Part shown: in pieces, positions 39,821 to 49,906 of the stretch
How positions within the stretch are numbered: position 1 is the stretch's first letter
How the letters are laid out: each line of letters starts with the position of its first letter
Source: a virus
Taxonomy: Duplodnaviria; Caudoviricetes
IMG/VR virus record: IMGVR_UViG_3300015375_001377
Span: 12,511 to 76,510 of that record
Direction: 5' to 3' (one strand)
Length of the DNA stretch: 64,000 bases
Made by a program: the position numbers and the translations under genes
Notes under the pieces: generated by a model
What the model was told of the DNA's origin: nothing
Seen by the model: only the letters and a program-made list of their open reading frames with translations
Database searches by the model: none

Positions 39821-42487
39821 ATGGCATATGTTGTAAAAAATAGAGCTGATTTTGTAACTAATTTAACGTTTAATTTAGTAGTAAGCTCAAATCCAAATAT
39901 AGATGATGCTTTTCTACTTTTAGAAGACGGAGGTATATATACCTATTCTAAAGATTTACCACCGTTTTTAATTTCTTTAAGAAGTGTACCTGGCTTATCT
40001 TCTATCTTGGTTTTCAGTGATCCTGCCTCATTACCCTATACTTTATGGGAAACTGATAACTATTCATTGCCTAACAAATTTACCATAAATTCTATTAATC
40101 AGATAGCACCATTCAAAGACACTCAACCTACAAAGAGCATTTTAACAACAGATTTAGTTCAAAAATTGTATATAGTTCATGGTATTGGTGAAGACGGTTC
40201 ATCTTACGTAACCTATCTTTCTGATTTTCCAGAATTTTCATCTATGCTGGAATTAAGCTCTAACTCAACATATTATTTTGTTAACTTAGAGAGTAAAGTA
40301 CCTTATACGTTATACGATATTGATACTCCTTCCACACCTACACCAACACCATCTCAAACCCCGACAGTAACACCAACTATTACAGTTTCAAACTCGCCAA
40401 CATCTACAATGACACCGACACCCACCTTAACACCATCGGTTACCAAATCACCTATTCCTTCACAAACACCTACAGAAACACCTACTAATACACCAACACC
40501 ATCAAATTCTCCAACTATATCCTTTACCCCTACTCAAACACCTACAGTTACACCAACAGTAACTCCCACACCTACATTTACTCCAACAGTAACACCTACT
40601 AATACACCTACGGTTACAGATACTCCTACTCAAACACCTACGGTTACAGATACTCCTACTCAAACACCTACAGTTACACCAACAGTTACTGATACACCTA
40701 CCAACACACCTACAGAGACTCCAACTAATACACCGTCACCAACCCAAGGATTGTCTCCTACTCCAACCCCTACACAAACTACTACCCCAACTACAACACC
40801 TACCATCACCCCTACAATTACAGATACACCTACACAAACACCCACAATAACACCTACACCTTCTGTAACACCTACCAGTACACCGTCCGTAACACCTACA
40901 CAGACTTTAACTCCTACACAAACATCAACTGTTACCCCTACAGTAACAGACACACAAACACCCACACCAACACAGACACCTACCAGAACACCTACACAAA
41001 CACCCACAATAACACCTACTGTAACTGACACGCCCACCAACACACCCACAAATACCTCAACTAATACACCTACAGTTACTGATACACCGACACAGACACC
41101 AACTGTAACACCTACACTTACCAATACAAATACACCAACATCTACAATGACACCGACACCATCTGTGTCACCATCAGTTACCAAATCACCTATTCCTTCA
41201 CAAACACCTACACCTACACCAACTGTAACACCTTCAGTCACGCCTACAATTACTGATACACCTACACAAACTCCAACTGTTACCCCTTCAGTAACCCCAA
41301 CTCAAACACCCTCTAATACAACAACACCCTCAGTAACACCTTCCAACACACCCTCTATAACGCCTTCCAACACACCCACAATTACATCTACACCATCCAA
41401 CACACCAACATCTTCTGTAACCCCTACAATAACACTTACACCAACTAGAACACCTGTAGAGTCACCGTCTCCTACACCCACTCAAACCAATACACCTTCT
41501 GTAACACCATCTAACACACCTACAATTTCACTCACACCTTCTAATACACCTACTCCCTCTGTAACACCCTCAGTAACACCATCTGTTACACAGACTCAAA
41601 CTGGTACTTTAACACCTACTGTAACAGATACACCTACACAAACGCCTACATCTTCCGTAACACCGTCAATCTCTCTAACTCCTACACAAACATCAACACC
41701 TTCCAACACACCAACTAATACACCTACCCCTTCTATAACACCTTCTAATTCACCTTCAGTTACACCTACTCAAACAGGATCACAAACACCTACACCTTCT
41801 GTAACACCATCTAACACCCCTACAAATTCACCCACTCAAACCCCGACAGTAACACCAACTCTTACAGTTTCAAACTCGCCAACATCTACAATGACACCGA
41901 CACCATCTGTGTCACCATCGGTTACCAAATCACCTATTCCTTCAGAAACCCCTACCCCTACACCAACTGTAACACCTTCAATAACACCTTCTAATTCTCC
42001 TACCCCATCTATTACCCCTTCTAATTCTCCTACATCATCTGCAACCCCTACTAGAACCCCTACAGTAACACCAACAATTACATTTACTAATTCTCCTACA
42101 CCATCTATTACACCATCCAATACACCTACAATATCTCTTACACCTTCTAATACCCCCACCAACACACCTTCTCCTTCTATTTCACCTACAATTACCTTAA
42201 CCAACTCACCTACACCTACTAGAACCCCTACAGTAACACCAACAATTACTAATACACCTTCAGTTACACCATCAGTAACGCCTACAATATCTCTTACTCC
42301 TTCAATTACCCCTTCAAATACCCCTACACCTACTAGAACCCCTACAGTTACACCTACTAGAACCACTACACCTACACCAACTGCTACTCCAACCTTAACC
42401 CCTGCTCCTGCTAACCCACCTTCTGGCTTGAAGTTGTGGTATGATTTTAGTAGGACAACAAACCTTGATACTATAAGTGTGCCCTAA
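39821..42487 (+). CDS. very long Pro/Thr-repeat stalk protein; duplicated N-terminal domain; ends in the first strand of a LamG-like domain
   Basis: About 690 aa PT tract; EDG..Y...D.P.F...PYTL..D twice at the N-terminus; C-terminal [11 protein letters not shown]. Confidence 0.8.
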   Translation: MAYVVKNRADFVTNLTFNLVVSSNPNIDDAFLLLEDGGIYTYSKDLPPFLISLRSVPGLSSILVFSDPASLPYTLWETDNYSLPNKFTINSINQIAPFKDTQPTKSILTTDLVQKLYIVHGIGEDGSSYVTYLSDFPEFSSMLELSSNSTYYFVNLESKVPYTLYDIDTPSTPTPTPSQTPTVTPTITVSNSPTSTMTPTPTLTPSVTKSPIPSQTPTETPTNTPTPSNSPTISFTPTQTPTVTPTVTPTPTFTPTVTPTNTPTVTDTPTQTPTVTDTPTQTPTVTPTVTDTPTNTPTETPTNTPSPTQGLSPTPTPTQTTTPTTTPTITPTITDTPTQTPTITPTPSVTPTSTPSVTPTQTLTPTQTSTVTPTVTDTQTPTPTQTPTRTPTQTPTITPTVTDTPTNTPTNTSTNTPTVTDTPTQTPTVTPTLTNTNTPTSTMTPTPSVSPSVTKSPIPSQTPTPTPTVTPSVTPTITDTPTQTPTVTPSVTPTQTPSNTTTPSVTPSNTPSITPSNTPTITSTPSNTPTSSVTPTITLTPTRTPVESPSPTPTQTNTPSVTPSNTPTISLTPSNTPTPSVTPSVTPSVTQTQTGTLTPTVTDTPTQTPTSSVTPSISLTPTQTSTPSNTPTNTPTPSITPSNSPSVTPTQTGSQTPTPSVTPSNTPTNSPTQTPTVTPTLTVSNSPTSTMTPTPSVSPSVTKSPIPSETPTPTPTVTPSITPSNSPTPSITPSNSPTSSATPTRTPTVTPTITFTNSPTPSITPSNTPTISLTPSNTPTNTPSPSISPTITLTNSPTPTRTPTVTPTITNTPSVTPSVTPTISLTPSITPSNTPTPTRTPTVTPTRTTTPTPTATPTLTPAPANPPSGLKLWYDFSRTTNLDTISVP
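40324..42410 (+). repeat. coding Pro/Thr repeat of about 2.1 kb with near-identical 110-bp blocks (40353-40462, 41835-41944; partial 41135-41200)
   Basis: Compared base by base. Confidence 0.85.
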
Positions 42488-42488
42488 T

Positions 42489-42494
42489 TAAATA
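42489..42494 (+). promoter_or_regulatory. late promoter TAAATA between the two halves of the split LamG-like domain
   Basis: 5 nt before ATG 42500. Confidence 0.6.
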
Positions 42495-42499
42495 AATAT

Positions 42500-45400
42500 A
42501 TGCCTGCTAAAATAAGAGCTGTAAGAAGTAGAGTGGCTAACGTTGTCAACGCTCCAGTAACTAGTCAATCCTTAAGTTCATTTGGTGATTTAATAACATT
42601 AGGAGCTTACGCAACTGGTGTTCCTTATAGCTATGGATATGAAACCTATGATATTACAGCTGCTCCTAATTATAATGCAGCTTTAAGTTGTGCAGAGTTT
42701 AGAGATTCTGTAATGGTTATGCAACCAGTATCATCAAGCTTAGCTTTTCCTTACGACGACTTGTCCCCTTCTTTCACTAATAACACTTGGAATGCTGGAA
42801 CTTCTGCGGCATACGCAATATTACCATCATTATCAGGAAATTTTACCCATGTTTTAGTATGGAGAAGGCCAACAAATGAATTAAAGTCAAGAAATGCTAA
42901 TATTGATTTAATGGATCCAGGTCTTTATGGTATACAGTATAACGGGTTGGTAAACGGCACAAGTTTACCTATAATGAATTTATTTGCAGATAGAACAGAT
43001 CAAAATTATGTACCCTCTAACACAGCATTAGGTATTCATCCTAAATTTAGCTTAGGAACAGTTCTTAATAATAGTATTAATTATAATATAGTAGAAGTTG
43101 ATCCATACAGTAGCTCTATACCTAGTAATAATGTTGATTTCATGGTAACAGTAATTACTAGAACAACAGGAACAAGCGCGCTTAATATTACCAATTATCA
43201 GCCCAATAATAAAGTTACTATTTTTGATAGCACTACACAAAACACACCAATAAGACCTGATCCTTTATTTATTATTAATAATCCAGAAGCAGGTACTCCT
43301 AGACCAGGAACACTATCGGGTGTTAATGGGTTATCTGCATTTTTAGGTGATCTAGGGTTTCCAGGATTAGCTTATGGTAGTTATACACCATATGGAATAG
43401 GTTTTTATGGATTATCTGCAGAACAATATAATTACATGAGTTATGATTTTCCTGGTATACAAGTAACTGTAACCCCTGCACAGACAGGGACAGTTACTTT
43501 AGATGGAAGACCTGGGGCTAATCCTATTACAATTAATAGTGGGGCAATTAATAACTACGGTATTGTGACTTCTTTAGGAACTGTTACTTTTAATTTGACT
43601 GCAGGATTGTGGGGTACAACTTCCGCTAATTACACAGTAAGACAGTACGGTTTAGTTTTTAATTTTACTGTAAATAATTTTACTGATTGTGGTAACGCTA
43701 CATATCACAATCTTAATAATGGTCAGTTAACAATGACTGTATCTACTGCAGTTGGAGGTACTATAAGATATGAAAATATGCCTGGTGGTACGCGTACTGT
43801 ATCGAGTGGTCAATCCGTTACATTTACTGGATTAGGTGGCTCTTGGAGTAGTTCAAATAGAGGTGATTATGCTCTAGTAATTACTCATGTTGAAACAAAT
43901 TCAAGAGTTTATTGTTATGTAAGATGCTGGGAAGACGCTTATGGTAATTCGTTTGTACAATATGCCGGTGTAAACTATGGTTCAGGTGCATCTTGGACTA
44001 GAAACCCTGCAAGCATATCAAATAACCCAAGAACAGGTAATCCTTTAGCATTTACAAATCTTCAACCTCTTGAAACTTATCAATATGAAGTTTACGATAA
44101 TAGAACAAGCCCTAATTATCAAGCATCAAAATCTTTAGTTACCATAACTATAGGTTCTCAGGGAGGTACATCTACTGGAATACTTCCTCCTCAATATCAA
44201 TCATCACCTTACACCGGGTTTGGTAAAATTTTAATAGAATCATTTGGTGGTATTTATAATAATTGTGATGCAGTATGGGGTAAAGATATAGATAGATCAG
44301 GAGGCACATCTAATGTTCAAGGTGTTCTTAACGCATGGCCAACATCAGCTGCACTATGTAATGGTACCCCACCTGGATATATTGTATTAAAGGATTCAGA
44401 ATTTTTACCAAGCTCAGGAGCCGCTGATGTAATAACTGCCCCGGGTTCTTTTTGGTACTCTTCAACAGCAACAAGCATAGGCAAAGTTTTACCGGTATTA
44501 GGAATGAATGCAGGAAGCTTTTGTATGGTAGCACTAAGTTCAGGTACTGTATTTGAAAATTTATTTACTGATTTTGGAGGAACAAAATTTGGCAGATCAC
44601 CTCAACGACAAGGATATGGAAACGATTGGCCATTAGGCAGTTGGTATCAAAATGGAGGTGGAGGGTATTCAAATATATGGTCTAAGGCAGATGTAGATTA
44701 TATAGCAAGCTTGTATACTCTTCCGGGATTAAAAGCACTTTCTACAAACCCCACACAGTCTGTTTTAGTTGATGCACCTAATAACGGGTATTATATCAAT
44801 TTTCCCGGAATGAAACTAACACAAGGCTTTCAGCTTTCTGGTGCGCTGCCATTTCCTAATTCTTTTAAACAGAATACTTGTGACTTTCTTTCTCCTTCAG
44901 GTTCATGGATTGGCGCTGGTTGGCCTGTTGTAGATTTTAACTTTTTTGCAGGCAGTGGGTTTAATACATTAACACCCGGTCAAACATCAAGAAGATGGCC
45001 TAGTTATTATTGGACTAATGTCCAATCTGCTTTACCCATGGCATGGTATAGATATAATTATGGTGATAATTCATCAAGCATTTACGGTGGTGCTCCATTG
45101 GGAAGAGTACATTCTTTTTTCAGCTTAGATGATAATGAGGCTAGTACAGGTGTGCCGGGTAGAAATAAAAAGTTATTAGAAACTAATGGAAACTTGAGTG
45201 ACCCATTATTCTATAGAAATGCCTTTTTTTATGGAGTAAATAGATTAGGTAATAGACAAACCGGCACAGTACAGTATCAAAATATACCATTACTGCCAGG
45301 TAAATATAGATTTAAATGGGTTGATAATAGACAAATGAAACAACCTCTTATGGGTATGTTTGGTGGACCTGAAGCAACTAATTGGTGGGACTCAGTTTAT

Positions 45401-46288
45401 TGTTGGGCAAATGTAAGAAAAGATACAGCTCTAGGAGGTGATATAGCTAATTTCTGTTTAACTAGATTTGGCAATGCTATTGGTGAAGTAAATGTACCGT
45501 GGTGGACAGAAAATTCAACTGATGAAATAGAATTACTAGGAGCCAATAATCCTGGGGATATCCCTACAAGGGTTTATAGGTACCCTGCTATTAATGTTAA
45601 TATAGCAAATATGTTTAATTTTAACGATTCAAATAATGTACAAGGTCCATGGCCTGTATTAACTTACGGTATAAAACCACCATTGTATTTACCTCCTTTA
45701 AGCCCATCATTTGCAGGTATTTTCCCCGGGACTGGTTTTAGAAATTTTCCACTAGGAAATGTAAGATTTAGTTTGTCAGGAGTCTTTAATAAAGACGGTT
45801 TTGTGACGTATAATTTAGCTTCCACTTCTGTAAGACTAGGTCAACTCTTTACTCCTCCTGAAACTGAAGATCAAGCTAATGATCCATATAGAAATTATGT
45901 TTGTAATGCATTAATGTCTTGTGTCCCTGGTGTGGGTAGTCTAAGCGCAAGAGTTTTTGATACCTATGATTATCCTTTTAGTGGAAGACAGTTATTAGTT
46001 ACTTTACCTGTTTCTGCATACGATCCCTTTAGATTAGGTTACAATATAGACATAGTTAATTACGCTCAAGCTGTTTTTAATACAAGGTTATTATTAAATT
46101 TAGGACCATATGTAACTGCAGCTAATCAAGTAGAAAATATTGCTTGTAATGCGCCGTTATCAGCTGATATTAGAGAAATTCTATTTTATAATAGAAGCCT
46201 CTCTAATGCAGAAAGAAGTCAGCTGGTACATTATTTAAATAGAAAATGGAATTTAGGATTAAATCTTATTACAGATATAGGAGTTTAA
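42500..46288 (+). CDS. large putative receptor-binding/fibre protein with LamG/concanavalin-like C-terminus
   Basis: 1262 aa, G/N/S/W-rich; ends ADIREILFYNRSLSNAERSQLVHYLNRKWNL, the typical end of phage LamG-like domains. Confidence 0.7.
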   Translation: MPAKIRAVRSRVANVVNAPVTSQSLSSFGDLITLGAYATGVPYSYGYETYDITAAPNYNAALSCAEFRDSVMVMQPVSSSLAFPYDDLSPSFTNNTWNAGTSAAYAILPSLSGNFTHVLVWRRPTNELKSRNANIDLMDPGLYGIQYNGLVNGTSLPIMNLFADRTDQNYVPSNTALGIHPKFSLGTVLNNSINYNIVEVDPYSSSIPSNNVDFMVTVITRTTGTSALNITNYQPNNKVTIFDSTTQNTPIRPDPLFIINNPEAGTPRPGTLSGVNGLSAFLGDLGFPGLAYGSYTPYGIGFYGLSAEQYNYMSYDFPGIQVTVTPAQTGTVTLDGRPGANPITINSGAINNYGIVTSLGTVTFNLTAGLWGTTSANYTVRQYGLVFNFTVNNFTDCGNATYHNLNNGQLTMTVSTAVGGTIRYENMPGGTRTVSSGQSVTFTGLGGSWSSSNRGDYALVITHVETNSRVYCYVRCWEDAYGNSFVQYAGVNYGSGASWTRNPASISNNPRTGNPLAFTNLQPLETYQYEVYDNRTSPNYQASKSLVTITIGSQGGTSTGILPPQYQSSPYTGFGKILIESFGGIYNNCDAVWGKDIDRSGGTSNVQGVLNAWPTSAALCNGTPPGYIVLKDSEFLPSSGAADVITAPGSFWYSSTATSIGKVLPVLGMNAGSFCMVALSSGTVFENLFTDFGGTKFGRSPQRQGYGNDWPLGSWYQNGGGGYSNIWSKADVDYIASLYTLPGLKALSTNPTQSVLVDAPNNGYYINFPGMKLTQGFQLSGALPFPNSFKQNTCDFLSPSGSWIGAGWPVVDFNFFAGSGFNTLTPGQTSRRWPSYYWTNVQSALPMAWYRYNYGDNSSSIYGGAPLGRVHSFFSLDDNEASTGVPGRNKKLLETNGNLSDPLFYRNAFFYGVNRLGNRQTGTVQYQNIPLLPGKYRFKWVDNRQMKQPLMGMFGGPEATNWWDSVYCWANVRKDTALGGDIANFCLTRFGNAIGEVNVPWWTENSTDEIELLGANNPGDIPTRVYRYPAINVNIANMFNFNDSNNVQGPWPVLTYGIKPPLYLPPLSPSFAGIFPGTGFRNFPLGNVRFSLSGVFNKDGFVTYNLASTSVRLGQLFTPPETEDQANDPYRNYVCNALMSCVPGVGSLSARVFDTYDYPFSGRQLLVTLPVSAYDPFRLGYNIDIVNYAQAVFNTRLLLNLGPYVTAANQVENIACNAPLSADIREILFYNRSLSNAERSQLVHYLNRKWNLGLNLITDIGV

Positions 46289-46289
46289 A

Positions 46290-47084
46290 ATGGCAAATTT
46301 AAATAAATCATTAAGGTTTAAGCATATATCAAGTGAAATTGTTGTAGGAGAAGTAATATATAATGAACCTTTCTATATGCAAGGACCTAGAACATTTATT
46401 GAAAATGCAATTATACCATTAGGTGTTGATTGTGAGCCAAATTTTGCACCTAATCCAATAGCAGAAAGTATGAATTCTAAAAATTTAAATACAGAAAAAA
46501 TAACTCTTTTTGCAAATAAAGAGGATGAAGAAAAATTTAAAGAAATGAATAAAGCAAGAGCTAATCTCTCTAAACTTCAAGAACAAGGTATAGATATTTC
46601 ACCAGTATTAAAAGATGTTGATTTGTCAAAAGCTAATAAAGAACAAGACGAAGATGGTACAGTTACAGAAAATAAAATATCTCAAATTAATATAGTTTCT
46701 TATAGATATGTAACCCCGGATAGTGATGACATAGAGAACAGAGGTAAATATCTTTCTGAAACAAGAACAATCATGGTTTCTTCAGATGAAGATTTTAACA
46801 ATAAAATCCAAAACATAACAAACACACCTGCAAATATTAATGAAATACCTTCACCACCATTTAAATATTATTCAGATGATGTAAAAGAAACAGAAAAATA
46901 TCTTTATAATAAATTAATAAATTCTAATAAAAATTCTGTAAATGTTTATGGAAATAATAACCTGCCTATTGGTAATACTGAAAATTATTTGCCCGGATTA
47001 GTTAGACCACCTGACATTAAAGATATGGTTAATTTTAATCTTAGTAGCGCAGATACAGGAGATTATAAAACCTGGATCAAGTAG
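46290..47084 (+). CDS. hypothetical protein
   Basis: 264 aa, coupled to the upstream gene; the only TAG-terminated gene noticed. Confidence 0.7.
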   Translation: MANLNKSLRFKHISSEIVVGEVIYNEPFYMQGPRTFIENAIIPLGVDCEPNFAPNPIAESMNSKNLNTEKITLFANKEDEEKFKEMNKARANLSKLQEQGIDISPVLKDVDLSKANKEQDEDGTVTENKISQINIVSYRYVTPDSDDIENRGKYLSETRTIMVSSDEDFNNKIQNITNTPANINEIPSPPFKYYSDDVKETEKYLYNKLINSNKNSVNVYGNNNLPIGNTENYLPGLVRPPDIKDMVNFNLSSADTGDYKTWIK

Positions 47085-47298
47085 TAGGTATAACCATCGT
47101 ATACGGTGATATGGTATAACCAGCTGGAATTTGAGCCCATACTTCTTTATCGTTTATTTTAAGCATCCTTTCACCTGCAATTACAGCAGAGCAATCAGTA
47201 CACCTTACTAATCTTGTGTTCCTATAGGACTTCAATCCTGGTATAGAAAAACGTTGCCCGTAGTTTAACCAATTAAGAGGAGTTTCATTACTTTCCAT
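47077..47298 (-). CDS. small hypothetical early protein
   Basis: 73 aa from the second Met, which lies 6 nt after a TATAAT box (track start 47304); CxxC (RCTDC). Confidence 0.6.
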   Translation of the reverse strand: MESNETPLNWLNYGQRFSIPGLKSYRNTRLVRCTDCSAVIAGERMLKINDKEVWAQIPAGYTISPYTMVIPTT

Positions 47299-47304
47299 TC
47301 TCAT

Positions 47305-47332
47305 ATTATAAAGGAACCTTTATAAAGTACAA
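47305..47332 (-). promoter_or_regulatory. sigma70-like promoter (TTGTAC-16-TATAAT) overlapped by a 20-bp inverted repeat
   Basis: TTATAAAGG-AA-CCTTTATAA at 47306-47325; ATG 47298 lies 6 nt after the -10 box. Confidence 0.55.
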
Positions 47333-47337
47333 GTAGA

Positions 47338-48435
47338 TTAATAACCACCGTAAGTTTTTTTGTATAAATGCGGCTTAAACTCATCACTATCTTGTTTATG
47401 TATTTTAGGAGTGATAACTTTTTTCTTAAGCCTTATTACATAAGTTATCACAATATCACCAACTTCCATTAGTAATGCCATAAGCATACAAACAATAGCA
47501 GTTATATCAAATCTAAATAATGCATTAAAAGCTAAAGTTAAAATATTATCCGTATTTTTTGGAGTAACAGCTTTATAATCAACTCCAATTTTAGAAAAAT
47601 GACTAGAAAAGAAACTGTTTATCTTTAACATTTCTTTTTCTACATCTTTAAAATTAGTGGTATCTGTCAATGAGTTTTTAAGAGCAAGAATTTCATTTTC
47701 AAACGTTTGAATATTTTCATTTATTATTTGAAGCTTTTCTTCTTTTGCTTTAACCAACGTTTCGTTTTCTTCCCTAATAGAATTTTTTTGTGCATCTAGT
47801 TCAAGAGTTAAAGAAGACTCTGTTCTCCTTACATTAGATACTAATTCTTTTGCTTTAGGACCCTCACCAACTTTACCAGTAGTATAATCAGACTTTACAC
47901 CTTGTTTTTCATCTAAAACAAGCTGTCTTGCTTCATTTAATTTTTTATTTGCTTCTAATTCAAATTCAGACAAATTATTATTGTTTATTTTTATCTTAGA
48001 ATCTGCTTCCTTAGTTATTTTTTCTTTTTGTTGTTCTATACTTAATTTGTAATTCTTTTCTAAAATATTAATATTTTCCACTAACGTTAATTTACCTTTT
48101 TTTAATTCATCGTTTATTGCTGTTTCAGAATAGAAACCTGCAAAATCAAAAATAGTTGGCAGTAAACTCAAAAACACACAAAGCAAAGCTGCTTTATGAT
48201 CAAATTCATCTCTTCCAAATAGAATTATTTTTACACAGTATGGAAGACCAACTACCGCAAGCGCTGCAATAGCTATTAGGAAAAAATTCCAAGTACTTAA
48301 TATTTGATGTAGTGCATGAAAAGCAAAAATAAAAGCAACTGTAATTACAACCCAATAAACATAGTCTATAGCCTTACAAGCAACCTTATTGCTTGTATAG
48401 AAGCCAAATATAGTTCTATATTGTTCAATTTGCAA
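47338..48435 (-). CDS. membrane protein with coiled coil, DUF4407-like
   Basis: Three N-terminal hydrophobic segments, long coiled coil with E..G...TG..G.GP (TTGKVGEGPKAKEL), C-terminal hydrophobic helix; TTG start right after the upstream stop. Confidence 0.6.
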   Translation of the reverse strand: MQIEQYRTIFGFYTSNKVACKAIDYVYWVVITVAFIFAFHALHQILSTWNFFLIAIAALAVVGLPYCVKIILFGRDEFDHKAALLCVFLSLLPTIFDFAGFYSETAINDELKKGKLTLVENINILEKNYKLSIEQQKEKITKEADSKIKINNNNLSEFELEANKKLNEARQLVLDEKQGVKSDYTTGKVGEGPKAKELVSNVRRTESSLTLELDAQKNSIREENETLVKAKEEKLQIINENIQTFENEILALKNSLTDTTNFKDVEKEMLKINSFFSSHFSKIGVDYKAVTPKNTDNILTLAFNALFRFDITAIVCMLMALLMEVGDIVITYVIRLKKKVITPKIHKQDSDEFKPHLYKKTYGGY

Positions 48436-48612
48436 TTACTTAACCTTTTTAAGGCGGCCTTTACTTTTTTTCTTTTTAGAAGGCTTTAATTTAGACTTAA
48501 TACTGTCCCTTATATCTTCAATACTGTATAAAGCATTGTAATATATCCCTGATACGCTGTCTTTTAAGTCTAACAACTTAAACTTAATAGCATAATAAAT
48601 ATCTTCTATCAT
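48436..48612 (-). CDS. small protein with Lys-rich tail (below the ORF-track cut-off)
   Basis: 58 aa, MIEDIYYAIKFKLLDLKDSVSGIYYNALYSIEDIRDSIKSKLKPSKKKKSKGRLKKVK; stop abuts the next gene's TTG. Confidence 0.6.
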   Translation of the reverse strand: MIEDIYYAIKFKLLDLKDSVSGIYYNALYSIEDIRDSIKSKLKPSKKKKSKGRLKKVK

Positions 48613-48662
48613 ATATATATATATTTATTATAATTTCTATATATTTACAGTAAATACTTTAG

Positions 48663-49889
48663 ATGACGGATTTTTTTGTAAGGAGTACAAGAGGTAGCGA
48701 GTTTAAAGTATCTAAAAATACTTTGTTAAAAGCTAATGCTTCTCTTGCAAGCGGTATGATAATAACTGCACCAGCGTCTCCTACTCCTACTCCTACCCCT
48801 ACCCCAACATTAACCACAACTCTTTCACCTACACCTACAAAGACCGTTACACCTACAGTTACAAAAACGCCAACAAGAACACCAACAAGAACACCAACAG
48901 TTACACCAACTAATACAACTACTATTACCCCCACCAAGTCGCCAACTGCAACACCTACACTTACACCTTCTGAAACCCCAACCAATACACCTACACCTTC
49001 TATTACCCCAACTATTACACCTACACTTCCACCTTTCGTTGGATGTAATGCAGCTTATATAGGTTTCGGTGGTAGTACAGGAGCTGTTAATGAGACAGCG
49101 GAAATTCTCTCACTTACATTTAGTAGCTCATATACATTCTTTAGTACTGTATGCGCGTTTGATACAGTAGATTATATTATTAATGGTGATACAGTTCTTG
49201 ACAATGGTATAGCAAGATTAACTGATTATAATAATCTTGATACTCAAGCATCAGCTCTTTATAGAAACTTAGATATTAAATTTACCTCACAGTCACCCGG
49301 TATTTCTATAGATGACTTTAAAGTGGAATACTCGTTTAAAATAACAAGACCTTACCCGGGCTTTTTTGATAGAGCTGACGGTATAACATTTATTATACAA
49401 TCCGACGGCCTGGTCAGAGTAATAGGTAAGGGTGGCTCAGGTCTTGGCTATGCAGGTACACCTTACAGTATTGCAATTGAGTATGATACTTTTGGTAATC
49501 CATTTGATCCCCTATACGCATTATCTGGAAGCTTTAATCATATAGCACTACTTTCAGGCGGATCTACAACAAATCACTTACAATACAATGCTGATTTATA
49601 TGATTATAATACTGGAAATAATCTGGATCTTGCAGATGGTTTAATCAAGTATAACTGGATAGATTATACAAACGGTGTAATGTCTATATACATTAGTAAT
49701 AGCAGTGTAAAGCCACCTACACCTGTAATATCCAGACCATGGAATTTTGCATTTGAAGTATTCGGAGATTGCTATCCCCCGTTAGGTTACAATAGACCTT
49801 TAAGCAATTCTAATAATTATAATTTACCACCAGAATTAACACCTTCTTTAACGAGATCACCAACTCCTACACCTACTTACATACCATAA
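48663..49889 (+). CDS. Pro/Thr stalk plus legume (L-type) lectin domain protein
   Basis: [28 protein letters not shown] and WIDY: canonical L-type lectin sugar/metal-binding motifs. Confidence 0.85.
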   Translation: MTDFFVRSTRGSEFKVSKNTLLKANASLASGMIITAPASPTPTPTPTPTLTTTLSPTPTKTVTPTVTKTPTRTPTRTPTVTPTNTTTITPTKSPTATPTLTPSETPTNTPTPSITPTITPTLPPFVGCNAAYIGFGGSTGAVNETAEILSLTFSSSYTFFSTVCAFDTVDYIINGDTVLDNGIARLTDYNNLDTQASALYRNLDIKFTSQSPGISIDDFKVEYSFKITRPYPGFFDRADGITFIIQSDGLVRVIGKGGSGLGYAGTPYSIAIEYDTFGNPFDPLYALSGSFNHIALLSGGSTTNHLQYNADLYDYNTGNNLDLADGLIKYNWIDYTNGVMSIYISNSSVKPPTPVISRPWNFAFEVFGDCYPPLGYNRPLSNSNNYNLPPELTPSLTRSPTPTPTYIP

Positions 49890-49894
49890 TTTAA

Positions 49895-49900
49895 TAAATA
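49895..49900 (+). promoter_or_regulatory. late promoter TAAATA
   Basis: 6 nt before ATG 49907. Confidence 0.6.
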
Positions 49901-49906
49901 ATTATT

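Noticed and set aside
38530-42410. Possible CRISPR array or non-coding tandem repeat
   Set aside because: Repeats are in-frame coding units of variable length with synonymous divergence; no constant repeat/unique spacer structure and no cas genes.
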